From the NCBI GenBank assembly GCA_963698025.1, contig OY969112.1, positions 1,861,200 to 1,925,199 of the forward strand: a DNA stretch of 64,000 nt, in the 5' to 3' direction. This document shows, piece after piece, positions 9,376-18,243 of this stretch. The translations under genes were made by a program, and so were the position numbers. Origin of the DNA: an uncultured Acidobacteriota bacterium. GTDB taxonomy: Bacteria > Acidobacteriota > Thermoanaerobaculia > Multivoradales > UBA5704. Every line of letters starts with the position of its first letter. The first letter of the stretch is position 1. The notes under the pieces are model-generated. The model had not been told where the DNA came from. It did no database searches and saw nothing but the letters and a program-made list of their open reading frames with translations.

Positions 9376-9501
9376 TCCTTCAGGTGGCCGCCTCCGGATA
9401 GTTCCTTCCGATCCGGCGAAGGTCGTGGCAAGAGCCGGCGAATCGCCCCCTCCGACCTTCGCCTTTATCCACCCTTCCGAACGGCAGGCCGCGAGGGGCC
9501 G

Positions 9502-10017
9502 CTAGGGCCGGGATCTGGCGAGCAGCCGCCCGAGATCCTCCAGCGTCGCGCGCTTTCCCGTCACGCCGGCCGCCGCCGCGCTCGCCTTGACCCAGGCCAC
9601 CGGACCGGTCACATGCTGGTTGTCGGTGCAGCCGAGCGTGTTGAGGTCGATGGTGCCGTCGATCCGCGTGGGAGTGAGGCTGTTCGCCGTGCCGTCGCCG
9701 GTCAGCGATCCGCACCCGCCGCCCACCACATGCCAGGAGACCCGGCGGGAGGCGTCCGCCGCCCCTTCCACGTCGAACGTGGCGCTCAGCAGCGAGAACG
9801 TGCCGGCGATCGCGCTGCCGCTCTGCGTCAGGACCAGCCGGGTGGTGAGCCCGACGCCGGCCACCGTCCAGGAACCGTTCCACGTCCCCGCCACCTGCGC
9901 GGTGCCCGCAGGCTCCGTGGGTCCGCCGTTGCCGCCCCCTCCACCGCCGCCGCACCCCAGCAACAGGGCTCCGGATAACAGGGCTCCCAACGACAAGAAC
10001 GCCAGCTTCCTGCTCAT
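9502..10017 (-). CDS. Lipoprotein of unknown function
   Basis: It has a signal peptide plus the lipobox LLLGC, followed by a Gly-rich linker. Confidence 0.7.
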   Translation of the reverse strand: MSRKLAFLSLGALLSGALLLGCGGGGGGGNGGPTEPAGTAQVAGTWNGSWTVAGVGLTTRLVLTQSGSAIAGTFSLLSATFDVEGAADASRRVSWHVVGGGCGSLTGDGTANSLTPTRIDGTIDLNTLGCTDNQHVTGPVAWVKASAAAAGVTGKRATLEDLGRLLARSRP

Positions 10018-10171
10018 GGTTCTCCTCCCATGGGGTTGATATCAGGGCATTTTACCATCGTTGCCGCAGAGCGGCCGGGCGCGCTTGACAGGCGAGCCCG
10101 TGGCCTCATATAACCTCATGGTTACGTAACCTGCCGGTTCAACCGGTAAGAGACGGGCAAAGGAGATCGAC

Positions 10172-10552
10172 ATGCTGGGAAACAGAGACGCGGTCGCGAC
10201 CGTCGCGGTGAAGGACCTCGGAACGGCGAGGCGGTTCTATGAGGACAAGCTCGGCCTGAAGCCGGCCCAGGACGAAAGCCACGGCGTGATCACCTACAAG
10301 AGCGGCGGCACCTCGCTCGTCGTCTACGCGTCGCAGTTCGCGGGGACGAACCAGGCCACGAGCGTCACCTGGAACGTCGGCGGCGATTTCGACGACATCC
10401 TGCAGTCCCTCCGCTCCAAGGGTGTGACCTTCGAGCACTACGACGGCCTGCCGGGCCTCACCCGCGAGGGGGACGTTCACAGGGCTGGCGACCTCAAGCT
10501 CGCCTGGTTCAAGGACCCGGACGGCAACATCCACCATCTGATCAGCGTCTAG
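10172..10552 (+). CDS. VOC (glyoxalase / bleomycin-resistance) family protein
   Basis: The fold signature is VOC-like: AVATVAVKDLGTARRFYEDKLGL ... DPDGNIHHL. Confidence 0.85.
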   Translation: MLGNRDAVATVAVKDLGTARRFYEDKLGLKPAQDESHGVITYKSGGTSLVVYASQFAGTNQATSVTWNVGGDFDDILQSLRSKGVTFEHYDGLPGLTREGDVHRAGDLKLAWFKDPDGNIHHLISV

Positions 10553-10562
10553 GAGGCCGTCG

Positions 10563-10967
10563 ATGAACATGAATCGAGCCTTGGAGGCCACGTACTTCCT
10601 GCTTCGCGTCGTGGCGGGTTTGCTGTTTTTCCAGGCGGGCGGCTTGATCCTGTTCGGCTGGTTCGGCGGCATGCCCGGCTCGGCGGGCGCCGCACCGCCC
10701 CTGATGTCCCAGACGGGTATCGGCGGGGTGCTGGAATTCTTTGGCGGCCTCGCGATCCTGCTCGGTCTCTTCACCCGGCCGGTGGCGTTCATCCTGTCCG
10801 GCATGATGGCGGTCGCGTACTGGCAGTTCCACGCGCCCAATGGCGGCTGGCCGGTTCAGAACCAGGGCGTGCCAGCCGTCCTGTTCTGTTTCATCTTCCT
10901 GTACATGGCAGCACGGGGCGCCGGCGACTGGAGCCTCGACGCATGGCTCCGGCACAAGCGGGATTGA
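10563..10967 (+). CDS. DoxX family membrane protein
   Basis: It has four hydrophobic helices and DoxX-like motifs (RVVAGLLFFQAG, FFGGLAILLGL). Confidence 0.85.
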   Translation: MNMNRALEATYFLLRVVAGLLFFQAGGLILFGWFGGMPGSAGAAPPLMSQTGIGGVLEFFGGLAILLGLFTRPVAFILSGMMAVAYWQFHAPNGGWPVQNQGVPAVLFCFIFLYMAARGAGDWSLDAWLRHKRD

Positions 10968-10986
10968 CCCAAGAGGAGGACGAGCG

Positions 10987-12195
10987 ATGAGCACCGGAGG
11001 ACTCTCCAAGGCGCGGCTCGCCCGCATGCACGACGTCATGGCCGGCCATGTCGAACGCGGCGGAGTGCCCGGTCTCGTCACGCTGGTCAGCCGGCGGGGC
11101 GAGGTGCACGTCGATGCGATCGGCAGGATGACGGTGGACGGCGGCGATCTCATGCGCCGCGACACGATCTTCCGGATCGCCTCGCTGACCAAGCCGGTCA
11201 CGGCCGTGGCGGCGATGATCCTGGTGGAGGAATGCAGGCTGCGGCTGGACGAGCCGGTGGACCGGCTGCTGCCCGAGCTGGCCGGCCGCAGGGTCCTCAA
11301 GCGGCTCGACGGGCCGCTGGACGACACCGTGCCCGCGAAGCGGCCGATCAGCCTGCGCGACCTGCTGACCCTCCGCATGGGCATCGGCCACATCATGGCG
11401 CCGTCGAGCGCCTATCCCATCCGGAAGGCCCTCGACGAGCTGCGGCTCCTTCCGGGCCCCCCGCAGCCGCAGTCTTTACCGGGGCCGGACGAGTGGATCC
11501 GCGGCGTCGGGACGCTGCCGCTGATGCACCAGCCGGGCGAGAGGTGGATGTATGACCTGGGGCTGGACGTGCTGGGCGTCCTGATCGCGCGCGCCGCGGG
11601 CCAGCCGCTGGAGACATTCCTGCGCGAACGCCTCTTCGAGCCGCTCGGCATGAAGGACACGGGGTTTTATGTGCCGGCGGAGAAACTCGACCGGTTCCCG
11701 GACTGCTACCGGGGCCATCCCGCGACCGGGGCGCTCGAAATCTACGACGCCGCCGCCGACAGCCAGTGGAGCCGCCCGCCCGCCTTCCCGGCCGGCAGCG
11801 GCGGCCTGGTCTCGACCGTCGACGACTACCTGGCCTTCTGCCGGATGATGCTGGCGAAGGGAAGGCATGGCGAGCGCGAGCGCATCCTGTCCCGCCCGTC
11901 GGTCGAGCTGATGACCGCCGACCATCTCACCCCGGAGCAGAAGGAAGGGATGGACATCTTCTTCGGAGACGGCAGCGGCTGGGGATTCGGCATGGGCGTC
12001 GTCACCCGGCGCGACGATCTGGCGGCGGCTCCCGGACGGTTCGGCTGGACCGGCGGCCTCGGCACGTCCGGCTATTCGGACCCCCGGGAAGAGATGATCG
12101 GGATCCTGATGACCCAGCGCCTGATGGATTCCCCGCAGCCGCCGCCCGTCTTCCTCGACTTCTGGACCTCGGTCTACCAGGCGATCGACGACTGA
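10987..12195 (+). CDS. Serine hydrolase of the beta-lactamase / class C family
   Basis: The start is ATG 10987, with a GAGGAGG ribosome-binding site. The S-x-x-K motif is present in IASLTKPVTAVAAMILVEE. Confidence 0.85.
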   Translation: MSTGGLSKARLARMHDVMAGHVERGGVPGLVTLVSRRGEVHVDAIGRMTVDGGDLMRRDTIFRIASLTKPVTAVAAMILVEECRLRLDEPVDRLLPELAGRRVLKRLDGPLDDTVPAKRPISLRDLLTLRMGIGHIMAPSSAYPIRKALDELRLLPGPPQPQSLPGPDEWIRGVGTLPLMHQPGERWMYDLGLDVLGVLIARAAGQPLETFLRERLFEPLGMKDTGFYVPAEKLDRFPDCYRGHPATGALEIYDAAADSQWSRPPAFPAGSGGLVSTVDDYLAFCRMMLAKGRHGERERILSRPSVELMTADHLTPEQKEGMDIFFGDGSGWGFGMGVVTRRDDLAAAPGRFGWTGGLGTSGYSDPREEMIGILMTQRLMDSPQPPPVFLDFWTSVYQAIDD

Positions 12196-12206
12196 TCGAC
12201 GGACGG

Positions 12207-13646
12207 CTAAGGGCGGTCGCCGACCGGCAGGCTGACGAGGAAGCGGGTGTCGCCGGGGCGCGATTCCAGTCTCATCTCGCCGCCGTGCCGGCCGACCACG
12301 ATGCGGCGGGCGATGTCGAGGCCCAGCCCCGAGCCCTCCCCCATCGGCTTGGTGGTGAAGAAGGGCTCCCAGATCCTCCCCAGCAGCTCGGGGGGAATGC
12401 CGGGGCCGTCGTCGCCGATGACCACCTCGACCTGGTGGTCGACGCGGCGGGTGCGGACGGTCACCCGCCCTCCCGGCGCGACGGCGTCGAGAGCGTTGTC
12501 GAGCAGGTTGGTCCAGACCTGGTTGAGCTCGCCGGCGAAAGCCGGGACGGCGGGCAGGTCCGGATCGTACTCGCGGATCACCTTCACGGCTTTGGCCTTC
12601 GCCTTGTGGCCCAGCATGGTGAGAGTGCTGTCGAGAGCGCGGTGGAGGTCGGTCTCCGCTTTCTCGGTCAGCTCGCGGTCCATGTGGGAGTACTCCTTGA
12701 CCGAGCCGACCAGGTCGGAGATCCGGCGCGCCGCGTTCTCCATCTCGCCCAGCAGCAGGTGGAGGGCGGCGCCCGACTCCACCCACGGAATCGCCGCCGG
12801 CAGGACGGCGGCGGGCACCCCCGCCGCGAAGCGCTCGAGGTCGCCGGCGGTCATCCCCGTGGCCACGAAGGTGGGGGCGAGACGCCAGGCGCCGGCCACC
12901 TGCCGTTCCTCCAGCCAGTCGCCGAGCTCGCTCTCGCGATCCGCCTGGGCCAGCGGATCGAGCGCCGCCGTAACCTCCAGGCTCGCGCCCTGCCCCGAGG
13001 TTTCGTGCAGCCGGCAGAGAGCGTCCATCTGGGCGGGCTCGACCCCCTGGCGGATCAGCGCGGCGGTCAGCGACGGCAGGGCGGCGAGGCGCTGACGGAG
13101 CTCGGCCACCGCGCGGCCCATCGCCGAGGCGGGGTTGTTAAGCTCGTGCGCCAGTCCGGCGGACAGCTTGCCGAGCGCCAGCAGCTTCTCGTTCTGCTGC
13201 TCGGCGCGGGTGGTCTCGCGCGCCCGGTCGGTCATCACGCCGATCAGCCGCGGCTCCAGCACGGGGATGCGCTCCAGCATCTCGCCGAACAGCGTCGAGG
13301 GGATCGTGGCGACCCGGGTGGGACCGGCGGCGCGGATGGTGGCACCCCACTGCCGCAGGCGCGAGAAGGGGAGCAGGCCGGTGATCTCGCCGGTCCGGGC
13401 GATGAAGGTGCGGGTGGCCGCGGAGCCCTTCTCGCCCCGCCCCCGCAACTCGCCCGAGAGGACGATGGACATGCGTTCCGCGGGCTCGCCTTCGCGCGAG
13501 ATCACGTCGCCGTCGGCCAGATGGAGCTCTTCGGCGTGCTCGGCGAGCCAGTCGATCTCCTCGTCCGCCAGGTCGGCCAGCAGCGGCACGCCGCGCAGCG
13601 CCTGCCGCAGCGGCGCCTCGCCGATGCTCCCGGTCACGGCTGCCAC
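12207..13646 (-). CDS. Sensor histidine kinase with an N-terminal cyclic-nucleotide-binding domain
   Basis: A cNMP-binding-like N-terminus is followed by the H-box HELNNPASAMGRAV and a C-terminal HATPase motif (GSGLGLDIARRIVVGRHGGEM). Confidence 0.85.
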   Translation of the reverse strand: MAAVTGSIGEAPLRQALRGVPLLADLADEEIDWLAEHAEELHLADGDVISREGEPAERMSIVLSGELRGRGEKGSAATRTFIARTGEITGLLPFSRLRQWGATIRAAGPTRVATIPSTLFGEMLERIPVLEPRLIGVMTDRARETTRAEQQNEKLLALGKLSAGLAHELNNPASAMGRAVAELRQRLAALPSLTAALIRQGVEPAQMDALCRLHETSGQGASLEVTAALDPLAQADRESELGDWLEERQVAGAWRLAPTFVATGMTAGDLERFAAGVPAAVLPAAIPWVESGAALHLLLGEMENAARRISDLVGSVKEYSHMDRELTEKAETDLHRALDSTLTMLGHKAKAKAVKVIREYDPDLPAVPAFAGELNQVWTNLLDNALDAVAPGGRVTVRTRRVDHQVEVVIGDDGPGIPPELLGRIWEPFFTTKPMGEGSGLGLDIARRIVVGRHGGEMRLESRPGDTRFLVSLPVGDRP

Positions 13647-15934
13647 CGCGAGGTGTTGCCGGTTTCGAAGCCGTCCGCGAAGATCAGGTTGGGCGGGGCC
13701 GCCGGGAGCTGGACGCGGGCCAGCGTGGCGCTTCGCGCGGGCAGGGTGGCGGCGAAGCCCGAGGACGTGCCCGCCAGCGTGCCGGCGGCGGCGAGGCCGC
13801 CGACGTCGAGGCGCCAGAGGTCGACGCTGCCGGTGACGCCGCCGTTCACCGTCACCGTGACGTCGCGGGAGACGGTGTCCTTGTTGAAGAGCAGCACGAA
13901 CAGCTTGCCGCTGGCCGCGCGCACGGCGTAGCTGCCCACCCCGTCGACGTCGCTCGACACCGCCCGCACGCTGTCGCCGCTCACCTTGGCGCCGGCGCCG
14001 TCGTAGTCGCGGTAGAGGCGGAAGGCGTCTTCCGTCAGGCTGCCGGACTGCGGCGCCACCCAGCGCAGCGCCATGTCGAGCCCCTCGCGGCCGAAGATGG
14101 CGAGCGCCTCGGCCTGCGCCAGCGCGCCGGAAAGGGTGTCGTCGCGCCCCCAGTTGTATTCGGCCAGGGCGAGCTTCATCTCCGGGCAGTAGGTGTCGCG
14201 CCAGGCGCGCATCCGCGGAATCAGCTGCACCACCTTGGTGGCGCCGTCGGCGATCCAGGACTCCGACACCCAGGCCGGATCATAGAGCTCCTTGAGCGAA
14301 CGCAGGCGCGCCGCGACGGTCGCCGCGTCGTCTTCCTGCGACGGATTTCCAGACGTGCCGGCCACCCCGTTGCCCTGCGGGTAGAAGTGGATGTCGAGCC
14401 AGTCGACCGGCAGCCGGCCGGCCGCCGGGTGCCCCGCGGGGAGCCGGTGGGCGCAGGACTGCTGCATGTACCAGGCGGGCCAGGGCAGGTCGCCGTGGGC
14501 GGCGCGGTCGGGGCCGGTGAGACAGCCGCCGCCAGCGGCGTCCTTGGCCGAGGTCCAGAAGTCGCACCACCCCCAGGTCTCGGGTCCGAGGATTTCGGCG
14601 CCGGCATCGCGGCGCTTGATCTCCGTGGCCGCCGCCAGCCCCTTGGTCCAGACCTCGTCGTAGCCGGGAGCCGTGGGGTGGACGTCGCGGTGCGTGCTGT
14701 TCCAGAGCATCGGCTCGTTGTCGAGGTTGTAGAAGCGCACGCCGGTGGTCGCGGCCGGACCGAAGCTGGTGGCCAGATGGCTGACGAAGTCCCCCACGTG
14801 GGCGCTGAGGTCGACCGGCACCGAGGTGTCGGCCGCGCTGTTGCCGGCGATGTACCGCAATCCCGGCGCACCGGGCACCGCCGGTCCGGCCGGGTTGCAG
14901 CAGCGCACGCCCCCCGGGCAGAGGGTGGCGTTGGCGTTGGGGTCGCAGAGGCCGTTGCCGTTGTTCGCGCAGCCCGGCAGACCCGGGTTGGGGCTGCACT
15001 CGGTGACGGTCTGGGGGCCGTACTTGGTGGTCGAGAAACCGGGGAGGCGCCCCGCCGACTTCGCCACCTGATCGATCGGCAGGGTCATCACCACCGCGGC
15101 GCCCGCGGCGAGGGTGGGCGCGACGAAGCTGTCGGCCGCGGCGCCGTTCGAGCCCCCCTCGTTGATGTTGAGGAAGAAGTAGTCGAAAGCGCGGTTGGAG
15201 GTGTCGAAGATCCAGTTGTAGCGCGTGGTGCCGTTGCCACCGCGCCGGTTGGCGGTGTAGAGGCCGGTGGCGAGCTGCCCCGCCCCCGCCCAGTTGACGC
15301 CGTAGATCAGGGGGTTGACGGCGCGCCGGTCGAGGCCGGGATCGACGGCGACGGCGACCGGGCCGCCGGGCGGTGGGCCGGTCCCGCCCCCGGCCTGGAC
15401 CAGCTCGAGATCGTCGACGTAGGCGGTCGCCTGGTCCGCGGGCGCGTTGGTCTGGAAGATGATGCCGTCGAAGGTGGACGCCGCGACGCCGAGATCCGCC
15501 CAGGTCACGGTCCTCTGGGTCCAGCTCGCGGGGAGCGGCGTCAGGTCCTTGCTCCCGATCTCCGCGCCGTTCTGATAGATCACCAGCCGCACCGCCTGGC
15601 CGCCGCCGGCGCCCTTGATCCAGAAACGCACCGCCGTGAAGTCGGCGACGGCGGGGGGCGCGGCCCCGGTGTTGCTGTGGAAGTAGATCCCTTTCCAATC
15701 GCCGCCGACGGCGTCCGGCTCCCAGGAGATGGCGCTGGGCGGGCTCTGGTAGATCGCGGACTGCGACAGGTTGTGGACCGCCCAGCTCCAGTCCTGCCAG
15801 CCGTTGCGGAGCGCGTTGTCGTAGACGACCTGGACCGCCGCGCCGAGCGGCGCGCCGGCCAGCACGGCGCCGGCGGCCGTCATTGCCACGGCAGCAGTCA
15901 CGGCCAGGGTGGAGCGCCGGCGGGGCTCGGGCAC
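13634..15934 (-). CDS. Secreted glycoside hydrolase, GH44-like
   Basis: It has a signal peptide. The block TRYNWIFDTSNRAFDYFF resembles the GH44 motif RYNWE(T/N)NASNAG..DW. An N-terminal CBM-like beta domain is present. Confidence 0.7.
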   Translation of the reverse strand: MPEPRRRSTLAVTAAVAMTAAGAVLAGAPLGAAVQVVYDNALRNGWQDWSWAVHNLSQSAIYQSPPSAISWEPDAVGGDWKGIYFHSNTGAAPPAVADFTAVRFWIKGAGGGQAVRLVIYQNGAEIGSKDLTPLPASWTQRTVTWADLGVAASTFDGIIFQTNAPADQATAYVDDLELVQAGGGTGPPPGGPVAVAVDPGLDRRAVNPLIYGVNWAGAGQLATGLYTANRRGGNGTTRYNWIFDTSNRAFDYFFLNINEGGSNGAAADSFVAPTLAAGAAVVMTLPIDQVAKSAGRLPGFSTTKYGPQTVTECSPNPGLPGCANNGNGLCDPNANATLCPGGVRCCNPAGPAVPGAPGLRYIAGNSAADTSVPVDLSAHVGDFVSHLATSFGPAATTGVRFYNLDNEPMLWNSTHRDVHPTAPGYDEVWTKGLAAATEIKRRDAGAEILGPETWGWCDFWTSAKDAAGGGCLTGPDRAAHGDLPWPAWYMQQSCAHRLPAGHPAAGRLPVDWLDIHFYPQGNGVAGTSGNPSQEDDAATVAARLRSLKELYDPAWVSESWIADGATKVVQLIPRMRAWRDTYCPEMKLALAEYNWGRDDTLSGALAQAEALAIFGREGLDMALRWVAPQSGSLTEDAFRLYRDYDGAGAKVSGDSVRAVSSDVDGVGSYAVRAASGKLFVLLFNKDTVSRDVTVTVNGGVTGSVDLWRLDVGGLAAAGTLAGTSSGFAATLPARSATLARVQLPAAPPNLIFADGFETGNTSRWQP

Positions 15935-15937
15935 GAT

Positions 15938-16312
15938 CTAGCCTCCCGCGGTGACCGTCAGTTTCCTCGTCATCCCCTTCGCTTCGTGGCTGCCGATCGG
16001 GCAGTAGACCTTGTAGTCGCCGGGCTTGAGCGTGACCGTGAGGTTTTCGGTCGCCTGGGGCGGCACGGGCTTGGAGAGGATTTCGTCCGTCCCCGGCCCC
16101 TCGATCTTGAAGCTGTGGGTCTTGCCGCCGTCGTTGTGGACGACGAAGGTGGTCGGCCCGGCGGCGAGGGTCTCTGGCATCTGGATGGCGTACTCGCTCA
16201 GGTGGACCTCCACCATGGCGGCGGGAGGCGTGCCGGCCTGCGCCCAGGCGATTCCCGCGCTCAGCAGGAATGCCAGGAACAGGGCTCCAAGAGAAGACCT
16301 ATTTCTGATCAT
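15938..16312 (-). CDS. Cupredoxin (type-1 copper) family protein
   Basis: A signal peptide is followed by copper ligands in a His ... Cys-x-x-x-x-His-x-x-x-x-Met arrangement (YCPIGSHEAKGM). Confidence 0.85.
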   Translation of the reverse strand: MIRNRSSLGALFLAFLLSAGIAWAQAGTPPAAMVEVHLSEYAIQMPETLAAGPTTFVVHNDGGKTHSFKIEGPGTDEILSKPVPPQATENLTVTLKPGDYKVYCPIGSHEAKGMTRKLTVTAGG

Positions 16313-16426
16313 ATTGATCTAATCGTATCACTCTTTGCGCCTGCCCTTACCCGCCCGAGCTGTCCGTGGCTGGACCTTGCGAGACTCGGATGCGATACTG
16401 AATTCGTCGTCCACTGGAGAAATCCC

Positions 16427-16969
16427 ATGAGCCCTGATCCGCAAACCGATGCGCACCCCACGGCGGCCTCGACGCTGCTGGCGGCCGGCACGCCGGCTCC
16501 CGATTTCACGCTCCCGCAGAATCCCGACGCCCCCCTGCGGCTCTCGTACCTGCGCGGCCGGCCGGTGATCCTCCTCTTCTACCCCGCCGACTGGAGCCCG
16601 GTCTGCGGCGACGAGGTGGCGCTCTTCAACGAGGTGCTGCCCGAGTTCCAGCGCCACGGCGCCGAGCTCATCGGCATTTCGGTGGATGGCGTCTGGTGCC
16701 ACCGGGCCTTCAAGGAGGCGCGGCATCTGCGCTTCCCGCTGCTCGCCGACTTCGAGCCGAAGGGCGCGGTGTCGCGCGCCTACGGCGTCTACCGCGCGCA
16801 GGACGGCATCTCCGAGCGGGCGCTGTTCGTCATCGACGCGGACGGGATCATCCGCTGGAGCTACCTGTCGCCGATCGGCGTCAACCCGGGCGCCGACGGC
16901 GTCCTCACCGCGCTCGAGGCGCTCCCGAACCCGAACCCGACCGCGGCAGCCACGGAGGTGAAGTCATGA
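16427..16969 (+). CDS. Peroxiredoxin (AhpC/TSA, Bcp / PrxQ-like)
   Basis: The motifs PAPDFTLP ... FYPADWSPVCGDE are present. The start is ATG 16427. Confidence 0.9.
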   Translation: MSPDPQTDAHPTAASTLLAAGTPAPDFTLPQNPDAPLRLSYLRGRPVILLFYPADWSPVCGDEVALFNEVLPEFQRHGAELIGISVDGVWCHRAFKEARHLRFPLLADFEPKGAVSRAYGVYRAQDGISERALFVIDADGIIRWSYLSPIGVNPGADGVLTALEALPNPNPTAAATEVKS

Positions 16970-17496
16970 GCTCTCTGGCCCCACCCGTCGGACCCGACGA
17001 CCACGCGCACGGCCCGGCGGACGCGCCCGTCACCCTCGTCGAGTACGGCGACTACGAGTGCCCGCACTGCGGCATGGCCCATCCCATCGTCAAAGCGGTG
17101 CAGAGCCGCCTGGGGGACCGGCTGCGGCTCGTCTTCCGGCACTTCCCGATCGCCAGCAATCATCCGCACGCCGAGCACGCCGCCGAGATGACGGAGGCCG
17201 CGGCCGACCGGGGGAAGTTCTGGGAGATGCACGACCTGCTGTACGAGAACCAGGACGCGCTGGAGGATGCGGACCTCGCCGGCTATGCCGGGAGCCTCGG
17301 GATCGATCCGGCCTGGGCCGCGTCGGCGCTGCAATCCGGCACCTTCGCCGAGCGGGTGCGGGCGAATTTCCTGAGCGGGGTGCGCAGCGGGGTGAACGGC
17401 ACGCCGACCTTCTTCATCAACGGCGTCCGCCACGAAGGCTCGTGGGATGAGGCGTCGCTGCTCCAGGCACTGACGACGGCTGCCGCTCAGCGATGA
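16966..17496 (+). CDS. DsbA-like thioredoxin-fold protein
   Basis: The active site is CPHC (EYGDYECPHCGMAH). The start overlaps the stop of the upstream gene in an ATGA arrangement. Confidence 0.85.
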   Translation: MSSLAPPVGPDDHAHGPADAPVTLVEYGDYECPHCGMAHPIVKAVQSRLGDRLRLVFRHFPIASNHPHAEHAAEMTEAAADRGKFWEMHDLLYENQDALEDADLAGYAGSLGIDPAWAASALQSGTFAERVRANFLSGVRSGVNGTPTFFINGVRHEGSWDEASLLQALTTAAAQR

Positions 17497-17513
17497 TCGC
17501 TGGGCAGTTCGGG

Positions 17514-17897
17514 TCAGGCGAGATCGAGATCGGTCTGGGCGAAGTCGTTGCCGATGCAGAGCAGAGGCTGACCCGCGACCCTGGCCGTCGCGTAGGTCAT
17601 GCAGTCGCCGAAATTGAGCGCGGCGGGGTGGCGGCCTTTACCGAAGCGTAAGAAGGCCCTCGCCGCTTCCTGCCAGTGCGGCTCGCCGAATGGGATCGTC
17701 GCTACCTCGAACTCTCGTAGAAACTCGGTCAACAGGAGCTCTGAGTCCTTGGATCGGCCAGCGAATACCATCGAACACTCCACCAGGTTCGTGGTACTCA
17801 CGGAGCGGGATCTCGCCTGATTGAGCTTGGTCAGCAGTATCCCAAGGTCAGGCTCCTCGAGGAGGATGGCGAGGATGGCAGAGGTGTCTAGAATCAC
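17514..17897 (-). CDS. vapC: Type II toxin VapC (PIN domain)
   Basis: A GTG start gives VILDTSAILAIL, with acidic PIN residues. It overlaps the antitoxin stop by 4 nt (GTGA). Confidence 0.8.
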   Translation of the reverse strand: MILDTSAILAILLEEPDLGILLTKLNQARSRSVSTTNLVECSMVFAGRSKDSELLLTEFLREFEVATIPFGEPHWQEAARAFLRFGKGRHPAALNFGDCMTYATARVAGQPLLCIGNDFAQTDLDLA

Positions 17898-18163
17898 ACT
17901 CCGTCCGGCCCATAACCCAGAATCTCTTCGATCTCCTCCTTGGAGATCCGCTTCCCTCGAAACTCCGGCAGGATATTCGGCCACACCTCTTTCTCCAGGA
18001 AAAGTCGCCATCGCTCGATGCGATCCTCAGGTTCAGGAGGAGCAAGCCGCTGCTTCCGCTCTTGCAAGGCCTTGCGAACTGCTTCCTCCTGACTTTCGCC
18101 AGCCATCTCGGCGACCTCGGCGGCGAGCCGCTCGGCTTCGGGATTCTCGATCGTCAGTGCCAT
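17894..18163 (-). CDS. vapB: Type II antitoxin (VapB / FitA-like)
   Basis: It is an 89-aa protein (MALTIENPEAERLAAEVAEMAGESQEEAVRKALQERK) translationally coupled to the PIN toxin. The pair has lower GC than the surrounding DNA. Confidence 0.75.
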   Translation of the reverse strand: MALTIENPEAERLAAEVAEMAGESQEEAVRKALQERKQRLAPPEPEDRIERWRLFLEKEVWPNILPEFRGKRISKEEIEEILGYGPDGV

Positions 18164-18243
18164 ACCGTCATGGTCCCAACCTCGGAGGGAGAAGTCAATC
18201 AGGCGGACAGGGGCGGGGACGAGCCCCGCCCCTGCTCAGCCCT

